From assembly GCF_006345805.1 (NCBI RefSeq), contig NC_043005.1, positions 100,254,001 through 100,318,000 of the forward strand: a DNA stretch of 64,000 nt, read 5' to 3'. This stretch comes from Octopus sinensis. Its lineage: Eukaryota. Shown in pieces: positions 49,678-63,101 of this stretch (the stretch's first letter is position 1; every line of letters begins with the position of its first letter). Under the pieces are notes generated by a model. It saw only the letters and a list, made by a program, of their open reading frames with translations. It did no database searches and was not told the DNA's origin. A program made the position numbers and the translations under genes.

Positions 49678-49925
49678 AGGGGGTAAGCTGGCAGAATTGT
49701 TAGCACACTGGGCAAAATGCTTATTGCCGTTTCGTCCTTCTTCACATTCTGAGTTCAAATTCCACTGAGGTCGATTTTGTCTGTCATACTTTTAACGTTG
49801 ATAATAGAAGCACCAGCCGAGTAGCAGGGTCGATAAAATAAGAACCAGTTCCGTACTGAGGCCTATGTAATCAACCAGGATCTTGCTGGCCTTCTACCAA
49901 AATTTGAAACCATTATTATTATTAT
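49678..49925 (+). mobile_element. SINE family B with alternative tail, diverged
   Basis: aagctggcagaattgttagc head, gttcaaattccactgaggtcga. Confidence 0.65.
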
Positions 49926-50228
49926 TGAGTAGTTTTATTTTTATAGCATGCTTTCACTTCACTACCGAGCACAGCTCTGTGTGCCTTGGGTATGTGCTGT
50001 GTTTTGTTGTGTTGCTCTGATGGTTACTGTATTGAAAGTGTTTTGCATAGGATGTGTGCAGTGCCCAGTAGTGCGATTTTCTGTATGTTATATATATTTG
50101 TAAGTCCTGGTGTTTTTGTTATGTATTTGTCTGAATATTTTTGTTATCATACCTAATGCACCTACTATGATAGGAATTGTTTCTGTTTTTAGATTCCACA
50201 TTCAAGTTACCTCTATTTCAAGGTCTTT
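49926..50228 (-). mobile_element. 3' end of an RLE-type (R4/Hero-like) non-LTR retrotransposon
   Basis: YKDLEIEVT*MWNLKTETIPIIVGALGMI...NIQKIALLGTAHILCKTLSIQ*, then a short UTR and (aat)n tail. Confidence 0.85.
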
Positions 50229-50231
50229 GTA

Positions 50232-50645
50232 TTATTATTATTATTATTGAATGACAGAGCAGTGCATGCCACCAAAATAGCACGGGTAAAATATACGAAG
50301 CCCAGTATACCCATCATGACTACCTGTCTGATAAGTGTACACCAGGCACATGCATCACAACCATATGTGCACAACATGGTGATCTCATATCAAGATAAAC
50401 AGTGTATGACCTTGCAGGTGGGGCCCAGTTAGAATTTTCTTCAGGTTGAGTAGCCCATTCCACTCAAAAGGTCCCTGCATAAGGGTTGTTTAAGGATGTT
50501 GAGCAAAACACCCATGTTTTCAGAGGTGAATTATTCAAACCCCAACGAATCCCTCTCATCACATGGCTATGATGCTCCCCAACTACTTCTGCTCATGATC
50601 AGAGATGCACATATTGTCAGTCACTAAGGGACATGCTCAACTGAT
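50232..50645 (-). mobile_element. SINE-like element family E
   Basis: Minus strand cagttgagcatgtcccttagtg... putative Pol III-type head and (aat)n tail; a single copy here, so the class is inferred. Confidence 0.5.
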
Positions 50646-50697
50646 TATGATCAAACAACTGACAAGCAAATCTGTGGTACTGAGCAGAATATTTCCT

Positions 50698-51200
50698 CCT
50701 GGCGGGCTGGCAGAATCGTTAGCATGCCAGGTGAAATGCTTAGCAGTATTTCGTCTGCTGTTAGGTTTTGAGTTCAAATTCTGCTGAGGTTAACTTTGCC
50801 TATAATCCTTTCGGGGTCGATAAAATTAGCACCCGTTATGCACTGGGGTCAATGTAATTGACTTAATCCCTTCCCTTAAAATTTGAGCCCTTGTGCTTCC
50901 AGAAGAAAAGATGATGATGATGATCATCATCATCATTATCATCATCATCATGAAGCTGGCAGCATTGTTAGCCTACTAGGCAAAATGCTTAACGGCATTT
51001 CATCTGTCTTTATGTTCTAAGCTGAAATTCCACCGAAGTCAACTTTGTCTTTCATCCTTTCAGGGTTGATAAAATAAATACCAGCTGAATACTAGGGTTG
51101 ATGTAAACAACTTGCCTACCTCCAACCAAACTTACTTGGCTTGTACCAAAATTCGAAACCAATAATTCTTTTGGCTTTAGGCACAAGGCCTGGAATTTAG
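50698..51200 (+). mobile_element. Two adjacent SINE family B copies with alternative tails
   Basis: Heads at 50698 (ggcgggctggcagaatcgttagc) and ~50953; both have the ctttgcct..atcctttc.gggt body. Confidence 0.7.
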
Positions 51201-51549
51201 TGAGAGGGATCTAGTCCAAAATAATTACGATATATAAGTGTGTGCGTGTATATATATATATATAATATATATATATACGTATGTATGTATAGTAATAACA
51301 TGAAACTTTGGATGGAAATTTGCTAATCCTTTAATGCACTGCTATGTATGTTTCCACAAATACCATGCTTTTGTTGTATTTCCCATCCAAAAGATATTAC
51401 AAATAAGATTTGCAAAATCCATGGATTTTAAGGGGAATATTAATACATGTAGCTGTTTCCTCAGGCAAAAGTTGCATTAGTGTTTTGGCTTTTATGAGCA
51501 TACTCAAATACATTCCACATGAATGGACTTAAAGAATGTATATATATAT

Positions 51550-51672
51550 ATAGTTGAAATTTATAGAAAAACAAAAGATGGAGACAGGTGTATGAACAAC
51601 AAACAGGTGTATTAATTTAATGCTTGGGAAAAATGAAAAAGTCCTTTACATTTTGAGTCTATGCTCTTCAAC
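51550..51672 (-). mobile_element. Truncated short Penelope-like element
   Basis: Homologous to 10438-10560; minus strand GAAGAGC-atag-ACTC-AAAATGTA-aag remnant; between (ta)n and (ca)n. Confidence 0.55.
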
Positions 51673-52169
51673 ACACACACACACACACATGCATGCATGT
51701 GTATACACATTACAGAGCGGAGTTCTATGCAGTTTCCATCTTTCACATTCCACCCACACATTGTTGGTCAGCCCATGGTTGAGAACACTTGTCCAAAATA
51801 CTAGGAAGTGAAATTGAACTTGGAACTCCATGTCTACAGAACAATCTTCTCAGCTACACAGCCATATTAGCATCCATATTGTCCATCTTGGAAAAATAAG
51901 GGATTAGGTTCTACAGCATACTTCTGTTTTACTAGAGAAAAAAAAGATGAAGGCCTCAACACTTCCTTTCTAAACATTGTTGATATCTTGTTAATGATTT
52001 CAACAATGGAAAACGTAATATAAGATGAGGATTATAAGAAAATTTCGCACTAGAATGCATGCATTTATGATTGTAAATATGTGTATATGTTTGTGTGTAT
52101 GAATATATGTATGTGTTAGTGCATGTATTTTGTGGGAATATGCATGTTTCTGTGCGTGAGTAATAAAAA

Positions 52170-52500
52170 TTTGTGTACTATAGCCTCGGGCCAACCAAAG
52201 TCTTGTGAGTGGATTTGATAGACAGAAACTGAAAGAAGCCCATCATATACTGTATGTGTATATATATATATATGTGTGTATGTGTGTGTCTGTGTGTGTC
52301 TGTGTTTGTCCCCCAACATCGCTTGACAACCGATGCTGGTGTGTTTACGTCCCCGTAACTTAGCGTTTTGGCAAAAGAGACCGATAGAATAAGTACTAGG
52401 TTTACAAAGAATAAGTCCTGGGGTCTATTTGCTCGACTAAAGGCGGTGCTCCAGCATGGCCACAGTCAAATGACTGAAACAAGTAAAAGAATAAAAGAAA
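52170..52500 (+). mobile_element. SINE family A, 5'-truncated
   Basis: Body and tail motifs. Confidence 0.85.
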
Positions 52501-52744
52501 ATGATTACATGTATGTGTGTGTGTGTGTGTGTAGATGTGTACAAGTATGTGTTTGTGTGTGTGTGAGTACACATATGTGATTTTGTGATTGAGAAACATG
52601 TGTGTACCTGTATGTGTTGAGTGTGTGATTACAGGTATGTGTTGAGTGTGTGAACTACAGGTATGTGCTTATGGGTATGAGTAGATGGATACATTTTTAA
52701 GTGTAAGTACATGTATGTGTTTATGAGTGCAAGTAAAGATTAAA

Positions 52745-53045
52745 GACACCCTTCGGTCACAAAGGACCATGGGATTGCATCTAGAAAGTTACCTTCTGAA
52801 GCACAAGTCCAGGCAAGGCTGTTTATGGAAGGCCAGCAGTCAGCCATGCATATCAGCCTCTCCTCTGCATGCCACCGATATTATCCAAGGGAAAGGCAAA
52901 AGCTGTGACACTGCAACTCATTTCTACAGCTGAGAGAACTGGAGCAATGTGAAATAAAGTGTCTTGCTCAAGAACATAACACCGAGTCCATTCAGAGAAT
53001 TGAACTCACTATCTCATGATTGTAAGCCCAACACTCTGACCACTG
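52745..53045 (-). mobile_element. SINE family D, tail type D1
   Basis: gaccatgggattgcatctagaaagttacc tail; aaagtgtcttgctcaagaac body. Confidence 0.8.
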
Positions 53046-53066
53046 ATCCATGCTTACATTTATGTG

Positions 53067-53285
53067 TAGAATTAATCCAAACATGGAAACACAAAGAGAA
53101 AACACAACAACACGAGGACATGGAACAAGTATAGTATTATTGGACGCTCAGGAAAGAAGGAAAGAAGGAGGGTTTAACATTTCGAGCGGAGCTCTTCATC
53201 AGAAACATAGGAAAAGGAAAGATCCAAAGAAGGGAAGACAGAGGGAAAAAAATCGCCAACGGTACACACGCGGTCACGTTTTGAA
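53067..53285 (-). mobile_element. Penelope-like pseudo-LTR fragment (second family)
   Basis: Purine-rich plus strand around a minus-strand hammerhead; layout parallels 10438-10622. Confidence 0.6.
53172..53206 (-). ncRNA. Minimal type I hammerhead ribozyme motif
   Basis: guuu-CUGAUGA-A-GAGC-ucc-GCUC-GAAA-UG-UU-aaac: intact core, 4-bp stems I and II, minimal stem III (AAUGUU, likely CpG-decayed AACGUU). Confidence 0.75.
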
Positions 53286-53479
53286 TGTGTACTTATATAG
53301 ATGTATTCATTTGTGAATGTGAATATATGTATGTGTGTTAGCACATGTATGTGTATGTACATGTTTGTGTGAATGAATACATGCATGCATTTGTATGTTT
53401 AAGTATATATATGTCTTTTTGAGTACAGATATGCGCTGGTGAGTGAGTACAAGTGTGAGTGCTTGTATGTGTATGTGTA

Positions 53480-53882
53480 CTCTTTCACTCGTTTCAGTCA
53501 TTTGACTGTGGCCATACTGGAGCACCGCCTTTAGTCAAGCAAATCAACCCCAGGACTTATTCTTAGTAAGCCTAGTACTTATTCTATCGGTCTCTTTTGC
53601 TGAACTGCTAAGTTATGGGGATGTAAACACACCAGCATCGGTTGTCAAGCGATGTTGGGGGGACACAAACACAAACGCATACATACACACACACACACAC
53701 ACATATATATATACATACATATATACGACAGGCTTCTTTCAGTTTCCATCTACCAAATCCACTCACAAGGCTTTGGTTGGCCCGAGGCTATAGTAGAAGA
53801 CACTTGCCCCAGGTGCCATGCAGTGGGACTGAACCCGGAACCATGTGGTTGGTAAGCAAGCTACTTACCACACAGCCCCTCC
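53480..53882 (-). mobile_element. SINE family A, full length
   Basis: All family A motifs present in reverse orientation. Confidence 0.9.
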
Positions 53883-54804
53883 TGTACATCTGTATGTGTT
53901 TGTGAATTTGAGCACAAGCATGCTTGTGAGTGTACATATGTGTGTGAGTATGTATTTGTGTGCATGAGTACACCTATGTAGTTTTGTGTGAGCACATGCC
54001 TGTCTGACAAAGTGTGAATGCATGTATGTCTCTGCATGAGTGAGCACAAGTATGTGTTTAAGGGTGTGAGTACATGTATCTGTTTCAGGCAGTAAGGACG
54101 TGCATGAGTTTCTATGTGTGTATATGTATCCGTTTGTTTGTGTGCATACATGTATACTCATCCATGGTTAAAAAAAAAAAAAACAATGAAATACAACAAA
54201 AGTCCAAATGCACATCCACAGAAAGAATAATGTAAATTATCCTGGAAAGCTCCGAACATAAATGTATTAGTGGTTGGTAAAGAAGGTAGTGGAACGAAGG
54301 AAACCTATCTGTCCACATCAACAGGGTCATAGTGTTGTGCTCGCATTTAGATATCTTTCTTATCTGTTAAAGGAGGAGCGAGGGGAAAGAGCCAAAAAAA
54401 AAGGATGGCTACGATATAAAATATATCTAAATATATAAAGCTGCATTATTGATTAGTGTGAAATATTGGAAAAATTCTATTTTTGAAACATAGATATGAA
54501 GCAAAAAAGGTGCCCTGAGAGACAGTCATGGATATTTTATAATAAGATATTGATATATTGTGATATAAGTCTTGTTGCTGATAATAGAGGGAGGGTGTAG
54601 AATAATATGTACACACAGACACACAGGGACATACAAACAGATAAACACATATATAAACACACATTCACTTAAATATATATACATTTTTCCAGTTCTGGTA
54701 CATTCATATTTTGCTTATACACACATGCTCAAAAATATGGAGAGGATGGTCTAAAGAGATAGATACTTCTGTCTATTACTCTCACTCCATATCTATGATA
54801 GATA

Positions 54805-54962
54805 AGCACACACACACACACATACACACACACACATACATACATACACACACACACATACATACACACACACATACACACACACAAATGCATACACACA
54901 CACACATACACACACACACATACATACACACACACATACATACACACACACACATACACACA

Positions 54963-54994
<32 letters not shown>

Positions 54995-55342
54995 TACACA
55001 CACAAATACATACACACACACATACATACACACACACATACATACACACACACAAATACATACACACACACATACACACACAACACATACACACACAAAT
55101 ACATACACACACACACATACATACACACACACATACACACACACATACACACACACACATACATACACACACACATACATACACACACACATACATACAC
55201 ACACACATACACACACACACATACACACACACACACATACACACACACACATACATACACACACATACATACACACACACACAAATACATACACACACAC
55301 AAATACATACACACACACACACATACACACACACACACACAC
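54805..55342. repeat. (ca)n/(cata)n microsatellite, ~540 bp
   Basis: Direct reading. Confidence 0.95.
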
Positions 55343-55759
55343 TGTAAAAGTGACATAGCATTTAAGATAAAAGGGGAGAACCTTAGCTATAAATTAAAGT
55401 AATCATACAACAACTACAACAACAACAGACGCAACCAAGTAATTAGATTTTACAATCTAAATATGCATTCTTCAATTTAATTTGTATTCTTGGTTAATAG
55501 TTACCATGGATATGGCAAATAATTTGATTAGTTAAAAAGTTCTCTATCTGCTGTGCATACATCTTGAAATCCCTAGAGATGGGATTGCTAGCAACTGAGC
55601 AGTTTTCCAGAAGAACAAGTCCCCATCCTACACCACCGCCACCTTATGTTGCAACTCTTCTTCTTCATCATACTTACTCTACAGCTGCTCATGATGATGA
55701 TTATATTGCAGGAGAAATGCAGATGAAGGCATTGTCTTCTCAGAGGAATATATATAGAT

Positions 55760-56176
<417 letters not shown>

Positions 56177-56199
56177 AGAACTATAAGGGCAAAGAAAGA

Positions 56200-56619
56200 A
56201 ACATCTGAAAATTCTACCTGAGGGGGGACTGCTGGTACGGCATCGAAGGTGCGAACTGTCGCTTTGCACATCAGAGGCCCTACCAAAACCGCACGGACGC
56301 GAGACAGGGGTCCCTCCCTCGGGGAGAACAAAAAGAAAAAGTTAAAAGAAGGGAAAAAAGCGCACTGACCACTACTGAAAGATGGTATGCAGATGTGGTG
56401 CATGGAAACCCAACAGGTGGCCAGCTTCACCCAGATGTGAGAAGGGCAGCAGCTGAACAGCAGTCTTTTTTGTGCATGGCACAAAAAATTGTTCAGCAGC
56501 TGACCTGGCTACAAGCACAAAGCTGGAACTACCACCACATAAGGCCACCTCCAACAGATGCAGGATGGCCACCACAGACACCAACACCAACACACACACC
56601 ACAAAAATATTTCTACTGA
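56200..56619 (+). pseudogene. LINE A ORF1 3' remnant with CCCH-type zinc finger
   Basis: [23 protein letters not shown] (first Cys is TGA at 56206-56208); open from 56209 to the stop at 56619, overlapping the ORF2 start. Confidence 0.65.
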
Positions 56620-59366
56620 ATGTAGGAGGGCTGCTGCGCGGAAACTGCAAAAGGAAAATCTCATTCCTGAGAGACCTTGTGACATGCAATCAAGCTATAT
56701 GCATGGCACTCACAGAAACGCATCTTGAACCCGATATAGGTGATGCAGAAATACACATGCTGCAATATGCAGTCATACGCACAGATAGAAAAGGGAGGAG
56801 CCATGGTGGAGTTGCAATGTACATCCGAGATGACCTCACGCCCCAGGTCCTGCTGTCATATTCAAACTCAGTATGTGAAACTCAAATTGTACACATAAGA
56901 CAACTGAATATCATCATATGCACTACATATCGCCCACCAGATGCCCCAAAACACTCAGGCATGTTTGAAGATTGCCTAACAAAAATAGGAGAAGTCCTCA
57001 CCAACCTTGAACAACACAACAGCGTATTCTTCATGGGTGACTTTAACCTCCCCAATGTGGAATGACCTGGAGGGCAGATGCTCCCAGGGATGACACACAA
57101 TCAGCAGGCACAGGTGGGGTCCCTGCTCCAACTCACAAATGCCTCTTTCATGGAGCAAATAGTTCTGCAACCAACAAGGGCAGATAGTATACTGGATCTC
57201 TGCTTCACAAACAATATGGATATTATCCATAATGTTAATGTGATGCCGACAATGATGTCGGATCACAACATAATAGAGATGTCTATGTATGGAACAAAAG
57301 CCCCCGTAGACACACAGCCTATACGAAGCATCCACCATCTCTCCAACTTAAACTTTCATAAAGCCAACTGGAAGTTGATTGAGAAAGAGATCCTCAAACA
57401 GGATTGGCCTGAATGTCTCTCCACACCGGACATAAACATGAAACACAAACACTTCATGTCTATAATACAAGCCATATGTGACATATGTCCCAGTGTGCAG
57501 GGCCAGCACACACAAGAACAAAAACAGGATCCCTAGAGAAAGGAGGATTCTTATGAGACGACGGACAAGGATTGCGAACCGCCTGAGCAAGCACACCAAA
57601 AGTGGTGAGAAGTCTCGGCTCGAAAGAATGCTATGGAAACTGAGAAAAGTCTACATCAGTCCCATGAAAAGGAGAGAGCAGATAAAGAAGCTTGGGTAAT
57701 AGAAAATATAAAATCAAACCCTAAAGCTTTCTTTAAGTTTGCCAAAGAGACAGCCACAGTGCACCAGAGAATAGGACCTCTCTTCGAAAAAGATGGCTCT
57801 CTCACAGGAAATCCCACGAGGATAAGTGAAATACTGAACGAACAGTTCCAAAGTGTGTTCACTACACCTCTAGGACACAGGCAAGTAAACAAACCCAGAA
57901 AATTCTTTGCCACTTTACCTGCGGCCAAAGAGGCAAAAATTGAGTACATCAACATCGAAGATGATGATATCACACTAGCCATAGATGAGATTGACACAAA
58001 CTCAGCTGCTGGACCTGATGGATTCCCAGCGATCCTTCTCAAATCGTGCAAATGAGCCCTTGCAAAACCGCTACAGCTTCTTTTTCAGAGCTTTCTTGCA
58101 AGTGGTAAGCTCCCAGTCAAATTGAAAGAGGGGTTAATATGCCCTATCCATAAGGGAGGTAGCAGAGCAGATGCTAAAAATTATAGGCCTATCTCTCTGA
58201 CCTCACACATCAGCAAAGTCATGGAATGAATAGTCCATAAGAAACTAATCATGTTCCTTGAAGAAAATGACTTGCTGTCTGACACCCAGCATGGATTTCG
58301 ACCAGGTAGAGGCTGCCTAACACAGCTCCTGCAACACTATGACTGGGTGTTGAAACAGCTACTAAATGGCTCAAATGTGGATGTAATATATCTTGACTTT
58401 GCAAAAGCCTTTGATAAAGTCGACCATGGTATGATCTGTCACAAACTGCGTGGTCTCGGCATAGGTGGAAAACTTGGAGAGTGGCTGCACAACTTCCTAA
58501 AAGACAGAAAACAAGCAGTTGTGAGCAATGGAGCCACCTCCAAGGAAACGCAAATAACAAGCGGTGTCCCACAGGGCACTGTCTTGGGGCCACTGATGTT
58601 CATAGTGGCTCTTTCAGACATACCTTCAGTTGCTACGATGACCACCCTTGCTAGCTATGCAGATGACACAAAAGTCTCCCACGCAATACAAAACCCTGAA
58701 AATATTGCGCATCTGCAACATGAGCTGGACACAATATACAGGTGGGCTGAGGACAACAACATGCAGTTTAACGCAGGTAAGTTCCAGGCCCTGCGCTACA
58801 GGCACACAAAGGTAAACGATGTGAAGACTGGATACACTGGCCCAGGAAGAATTGCAATCCCTGAGTCAAAATCAGTGCGTAACCTGGGCATTGACATGAG
58901 CAATGATGCATCTTTCCAAGTGCATATTGCTAATCTGGTGATAAAATGCAGACGGCTAGCTGGATGGATTCTCCGAACTTTCAGAACAAGAGAGAAGGAG
59001 ACACTGATGGTCCTATGGAAAACATTCGTCCTCAGCCGCTTGGACTACTGCTCTCAACTGTGGTCACCACACAATATAAAACTAACAGCAGAACTCAAAG
59101 CAATTCAGAGAAGCTACACAAAGAAAATCGTCTCAATGCAAAATATCAGCTACTGGGAAGACTGAGGTATTAAACCTCTTCTCCCTAGAGCGGAGGCGGG
59201 AGAGATATGCGGTGATATACATCTGGAAAATCCTGGAGGGTCTTGTCCCAAACTTTGGCATTCAAAGTTACCCCAACTGCAGAACGGGGCACCACTGCAT
59301 GGTGCCAAGGATTCCAACATCACCATCAAAATACAGGTCCAGATACTGCAACAGCTTTGGTTTCAG
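56565..59366 (+). pseudogene. LINE A ORF2 (APE endonuclease plus reverse transcriptase), disrupted
   Basis: LLNVGGL, LTETHL, GGVAMYI, YRPPD, MGDFNLP, SDHN; NYRPISL, QHGFRPG, YLDFAKAFDKV, GVPQGTVLGP, YADDT; several stops and frameshifts. Confidence 0.93.
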
Positions 59367-59466
59367 NNNNNNNNNNNNNNNNNNNNNNNNNNNNNNNNNN
59401 NNNNNNNNNNNNNNNNNNNNNNNNNNNNNNNNNNNNNNNNNNNNNNNNNNNNNNNNNNNNNNNNNN
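59367..59466. other. Assembly gap (100 N)
   Basis: Exactly 100 N; the true length is unknown. Confidence 0.98.
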
Positions 59467-61246
59467 CCGAGATACTGCAGAAACGATACTGCTCTGTTTT
59501 CAGCAATCCTGATATGGCCGATCTGGGCTGTATCAGTGATGTCAACCCCCAACACACTATATCGGACACAACGTTTAGTGCCCCTGATGTCTTAGCGGCG
59601 ATAAACGAAATAAAACAATTCAGCAGTAGGCCCCGATAGGTTCCCTGCTTGTGTCCTGAAGGTGTGTCGACACCAACTTGCATCTCCCCTTGCTAATCTG
59701 TGGAGAAACTCACTGGATGCTGGCTATATTCCAAAAAACCTTCTGTCCCAGTCTGTTGTCCCAGTTTTCAAAAAGGGAAACAAGTCCCTTGCAGTGAATT
59801 ACCGTCCGATCTCACTCACCTCTCATATCATCAAGGTATTTGAGAGGGTGGTGAGATCTCGAATAACCCAATTTCTGGAAGCAAAAGACGGCTGATCTCC
59901 AACCAACATGGGTTCCGTAATGGAAGGGACTGCCTAACGCAGCTCCTGCATCACTTTGAGGACATTTTGAGAGCTTTGGGAGAGGGCTCCAACACCGATG
60001 TCATCTACCTTGATTTCAGTAAGGCCTTCGACAGGGTCGATCACAAGATCCTATTGAAAAAACTATCCAACATTGGTGTCTCTGGAAAGTTACTGAAATG
60101 GATCAAGTGTTTCCTGACAGACAGATTTCAACATGTTGTAGTTGAAGGGGTAAAATCAAGCCCAGCCAAAGTCAGTAGTGGCGTTCCGCAAGGCACTGTG
60201 CTGGGCCCACTTCTTTTCATTATTTACATTAATGACATTAATGACATCATCAAGCACAGCAACATAAAAATCTTTGCAGATGACTCCAAGCTACAGAAGG
60301 TCATAAATGAGGCGAGTGACCGGACATGCCTTCAGTCAGATCTACTGGTGTTATCCAATGGGCAGAAAAAAACAATATGCTGCTGAACGAGGATAAATTT
60401 GAGCTAATCCACTTTGAAAAGAGGATGCCCTGAAACTCCCATACTCCTTCCTTCAGGTGAAACTCTCGCGGCGTCCAACAACATCAGAGACTTGGGAGTA
60501 ATTGTGGACAACAACGTAAGCTGGGCCACTCATATAAACACCAAAGTTGACATGGCCCGCAGAATGTGTTCCTGGATTCTCAGAACTTTCCAGTCGAGAG
60601 ATATCCACACCATTATCCTTCTCTTCTCCATTTGCCCGACCCCACCTTGAATACTGTTGTCCACTGTGGTCTCCCCACACAATACAAGGTATCATAAAAG
60701 TTGAAGCACCTCAAAGGGCAATCACAAAAAAGATAGATGGCATGACAGGCCTCGACTATTGGGGTCGACTAGAAAAGCTAAAACTCTATTCTCTCCAACG
60801 TCGTCGTGAGCGCTACATCATCTGCATGATGTGGAAAATATTCCATCAGCATTGCCCAAATGATGTTGGCATCACCTTTAAGGTACATCCAAGGCTTGGG
60901 CCCCGTGCCATCCGCCCAAAACAAAAATCGCACTCTCATCTCATAACAACAATACGGCACAATTATTTCACCTCAATTGGCCCCGCTCTCTTTAACATTA
61001 CACCAAAACACATTAAAACAGAAACTGACCCTATAGGGTTCAAGAAGTCTTTGGACAGATTCCTTCAAGAAATCCCGGATAAACCCCCTACACCCGGATA
61101 TGTCTCTTAAACAATAACTCTCTACTTGAGTGGGCCATAGTGCCCAAATTCTGACTTGAAAGACTTCACCAGGTGGTGCTATTAAGTTAGACATGGCCTG
61201 GGCCAATAATGGCCGAAACCTATCAAAGTATCAAAGTATCAAAGTA
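59467..61246 (+). mobile_element. CR1-like LINE B, RT and 3' end, disrupted
   Basis: NYRPISLTSHIIKVFERVV, YLDFSKAFDRV, GVPQGTVLGP, FADDSK, RPHLEYC; 3' hairpin ggccaataatggcc-gaaac and (tatcaaag)3 terminus. Confidence 0.92.
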
Positions 61247-61421
61247 TATATATATAATATATATATATATACAATATATAATATACATATTATATATATA
61301 CATATATATATATATACATATATATATATACATATATATTTATATACATATATTATATATATACACATATATATATAACACATATATATATATACATATA
61401 TATATATATACATATATATAT

Positions 61422-61466
<45 letters not shown>

Positions 61467-61485
61467 CATATATATATATATATAT

Positions 61486-61526
<41 letters not shown>

Positions 61527-61532
61527 TATATA

Positions 61533-61577
<45 letters not shown>

Positions 61578-61593
61578 ATATATATATACCTAC

Positions 61594-61632
<39 letters not shown>

Positions 61633-61676
61633 CATACATATATATCTATACATACATATATATATATAACATACAT

Positions 61677-61717
<41 letters not shown>

Positions 61718-61790
61718 ATACATACATATATATATATTCATACATATATATATACATACATATATATATATACATATATATATATATTTA
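61247..61790. repeat. (ta)n/(taca)n microsatellite, ~540 bp
   Basis: Direct reading. Confidence 0.95.
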
Positions 61791-61853
61791 AAAATAGGAT
61801 AAAATCTTTATAAGAAATTATCAAGTAGTTAGCGTGAAAAAACTATATATATA

Positions 61854-62035
61854 TCTTTATATATATAAATGGCAAAATGTGTGTGTGTGTGTGTGTGTGT
61901 GCATGTCCTTTATACAAATCCACAATTTTTCAGTTAGAGGGCTCGCACTTTCTATGGTCATTCAAAACCGTCCAAGGGTGGTCGTGCACATCTTTACATT
62001 TCCCCAGTCACCCCGCAAAGCCATAAAAAAATCGA
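61854..62035 (+). mobile_element. Helitron-like 5' fragment
   Basis: a|TCtttatatatataaatggcaaaatgtgtgtg...gtcc start; no CTAG end found. Confidence 0.5.
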
Positions 62036-62274
62036 TAAACCGACCCCTTATGTTTCAGGTAACAAAAGTCTTTAATACAAGGGATGTAACTCACTCCAGC
62101 AGTTTAATCTAAAGATATTAAACCATAGCAAGGGAAATAATTCTTTAAAACTCTGCATTTCCCTCCCTTCGTTATGTATCACACCAAACGTGCAAGCTTT
62201 TCTGATTTGAGAAATGCAGGGAATAATTAACGAGTTAGACCAAGTGAATGACAAGAGAGAGGGATTTTCATGGA

Positions 62275-62570
62275 AGACCAAATATGCTTGACTAGCACTA
62301 TGACCCGGCAACGCCGGTGGCACATAAAATACACCAATCTGACCGTGGCCGTTGCCAGCCCCGCCTGGCACCTGTGCAGGTGGCACGTAAAAAGCACCCA
62401 CTACACTCACGGAGTGGTTGGCGTTAGGAAGGGCATCCAGCTGTAGAAACATTGCCAGATTAGACTGGAGCCTGGTGCAGCCTTTTGGCTTCCCAGAACC
62501 CCTGTCGAACCGTCCAACCCATGCTAGCATGGAGAACGGACGTTAAACGACGATGATGATGATGATGATA
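62275..62570 (+). mobile_element. RTE LINE 3' UTR and tail
   Basis: One to two tandem units plus the canonical tail and (gat)n. Confidence 0.85.
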
Positions 62571-62571
62571 T

Positions 62572-62740
62572 ATAGTTGAAATTTACAGAAATACAAAGGA
62601 CGAAGACAGGTGTATAAACAACAAATAGGTGTAATAGCTTAATGCTCGAGAATGTGAGAAAGTATTTTATGTTTCACGCCTACACTCTTCCATAGAAAGG
62701 AAGACGAGGAAATAAGCAGAGAGAGAATAAAAAAAAACTA
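62572..62740 (-). mobile_element. Short Penelope-like element with decayed hammerhead motif
   Basis: Homologous to 10438 and 51550; minus strand cttt-CTATGGA-A-GAGT-gtag-GCGT-GAAA-CA-TA-aaat (62664-62699). Confidence 0.55.
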
Positions 62741-63101
62741 TGATATATGATCGTGTTGTATTGTCAAAAGCAAGGAACATGAATCATACGAAGTCATGTG
62801 AAAATCGAACTGCCCTGATAGGTATTGAACTTGGACACCAACTGCCCCTTGCGAATTGCGTTATATGTCACAAAACTTGTAAGACAATATCTGCACAACA
62901 AAAACATATGCTAGTGTGTGTGTATGTGTGTTTAACTTTACACACACACACACACATGCATATAAACGCAAAGGAATAGGTATTTTAAATCTAGGCAGAT
63001 ACCTTGATACCTTACTAACACTCTGATAAATATCCAGACTTGGCTAACCACATTGAATGACAGGAAACAGTTTGAAGTTGTTTAGAGTCAACAACTGTAT
63101 C

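Noticed and set aside
48877-49745. 210-aa Thr/Pro/His-rich ORF and its antisense Val/Gly ORFs (also 35549-36094)
   Set aside because: Produced by (acc)n/(atc)n tracts open in most frames on both strands; no splice or domain support
63010-63100. Possible decayed hammerhead (ctgataa...gaaacag) upstream of palindrome copy 2
   Set aside because: G8 is missing and no stem II or III can be formed
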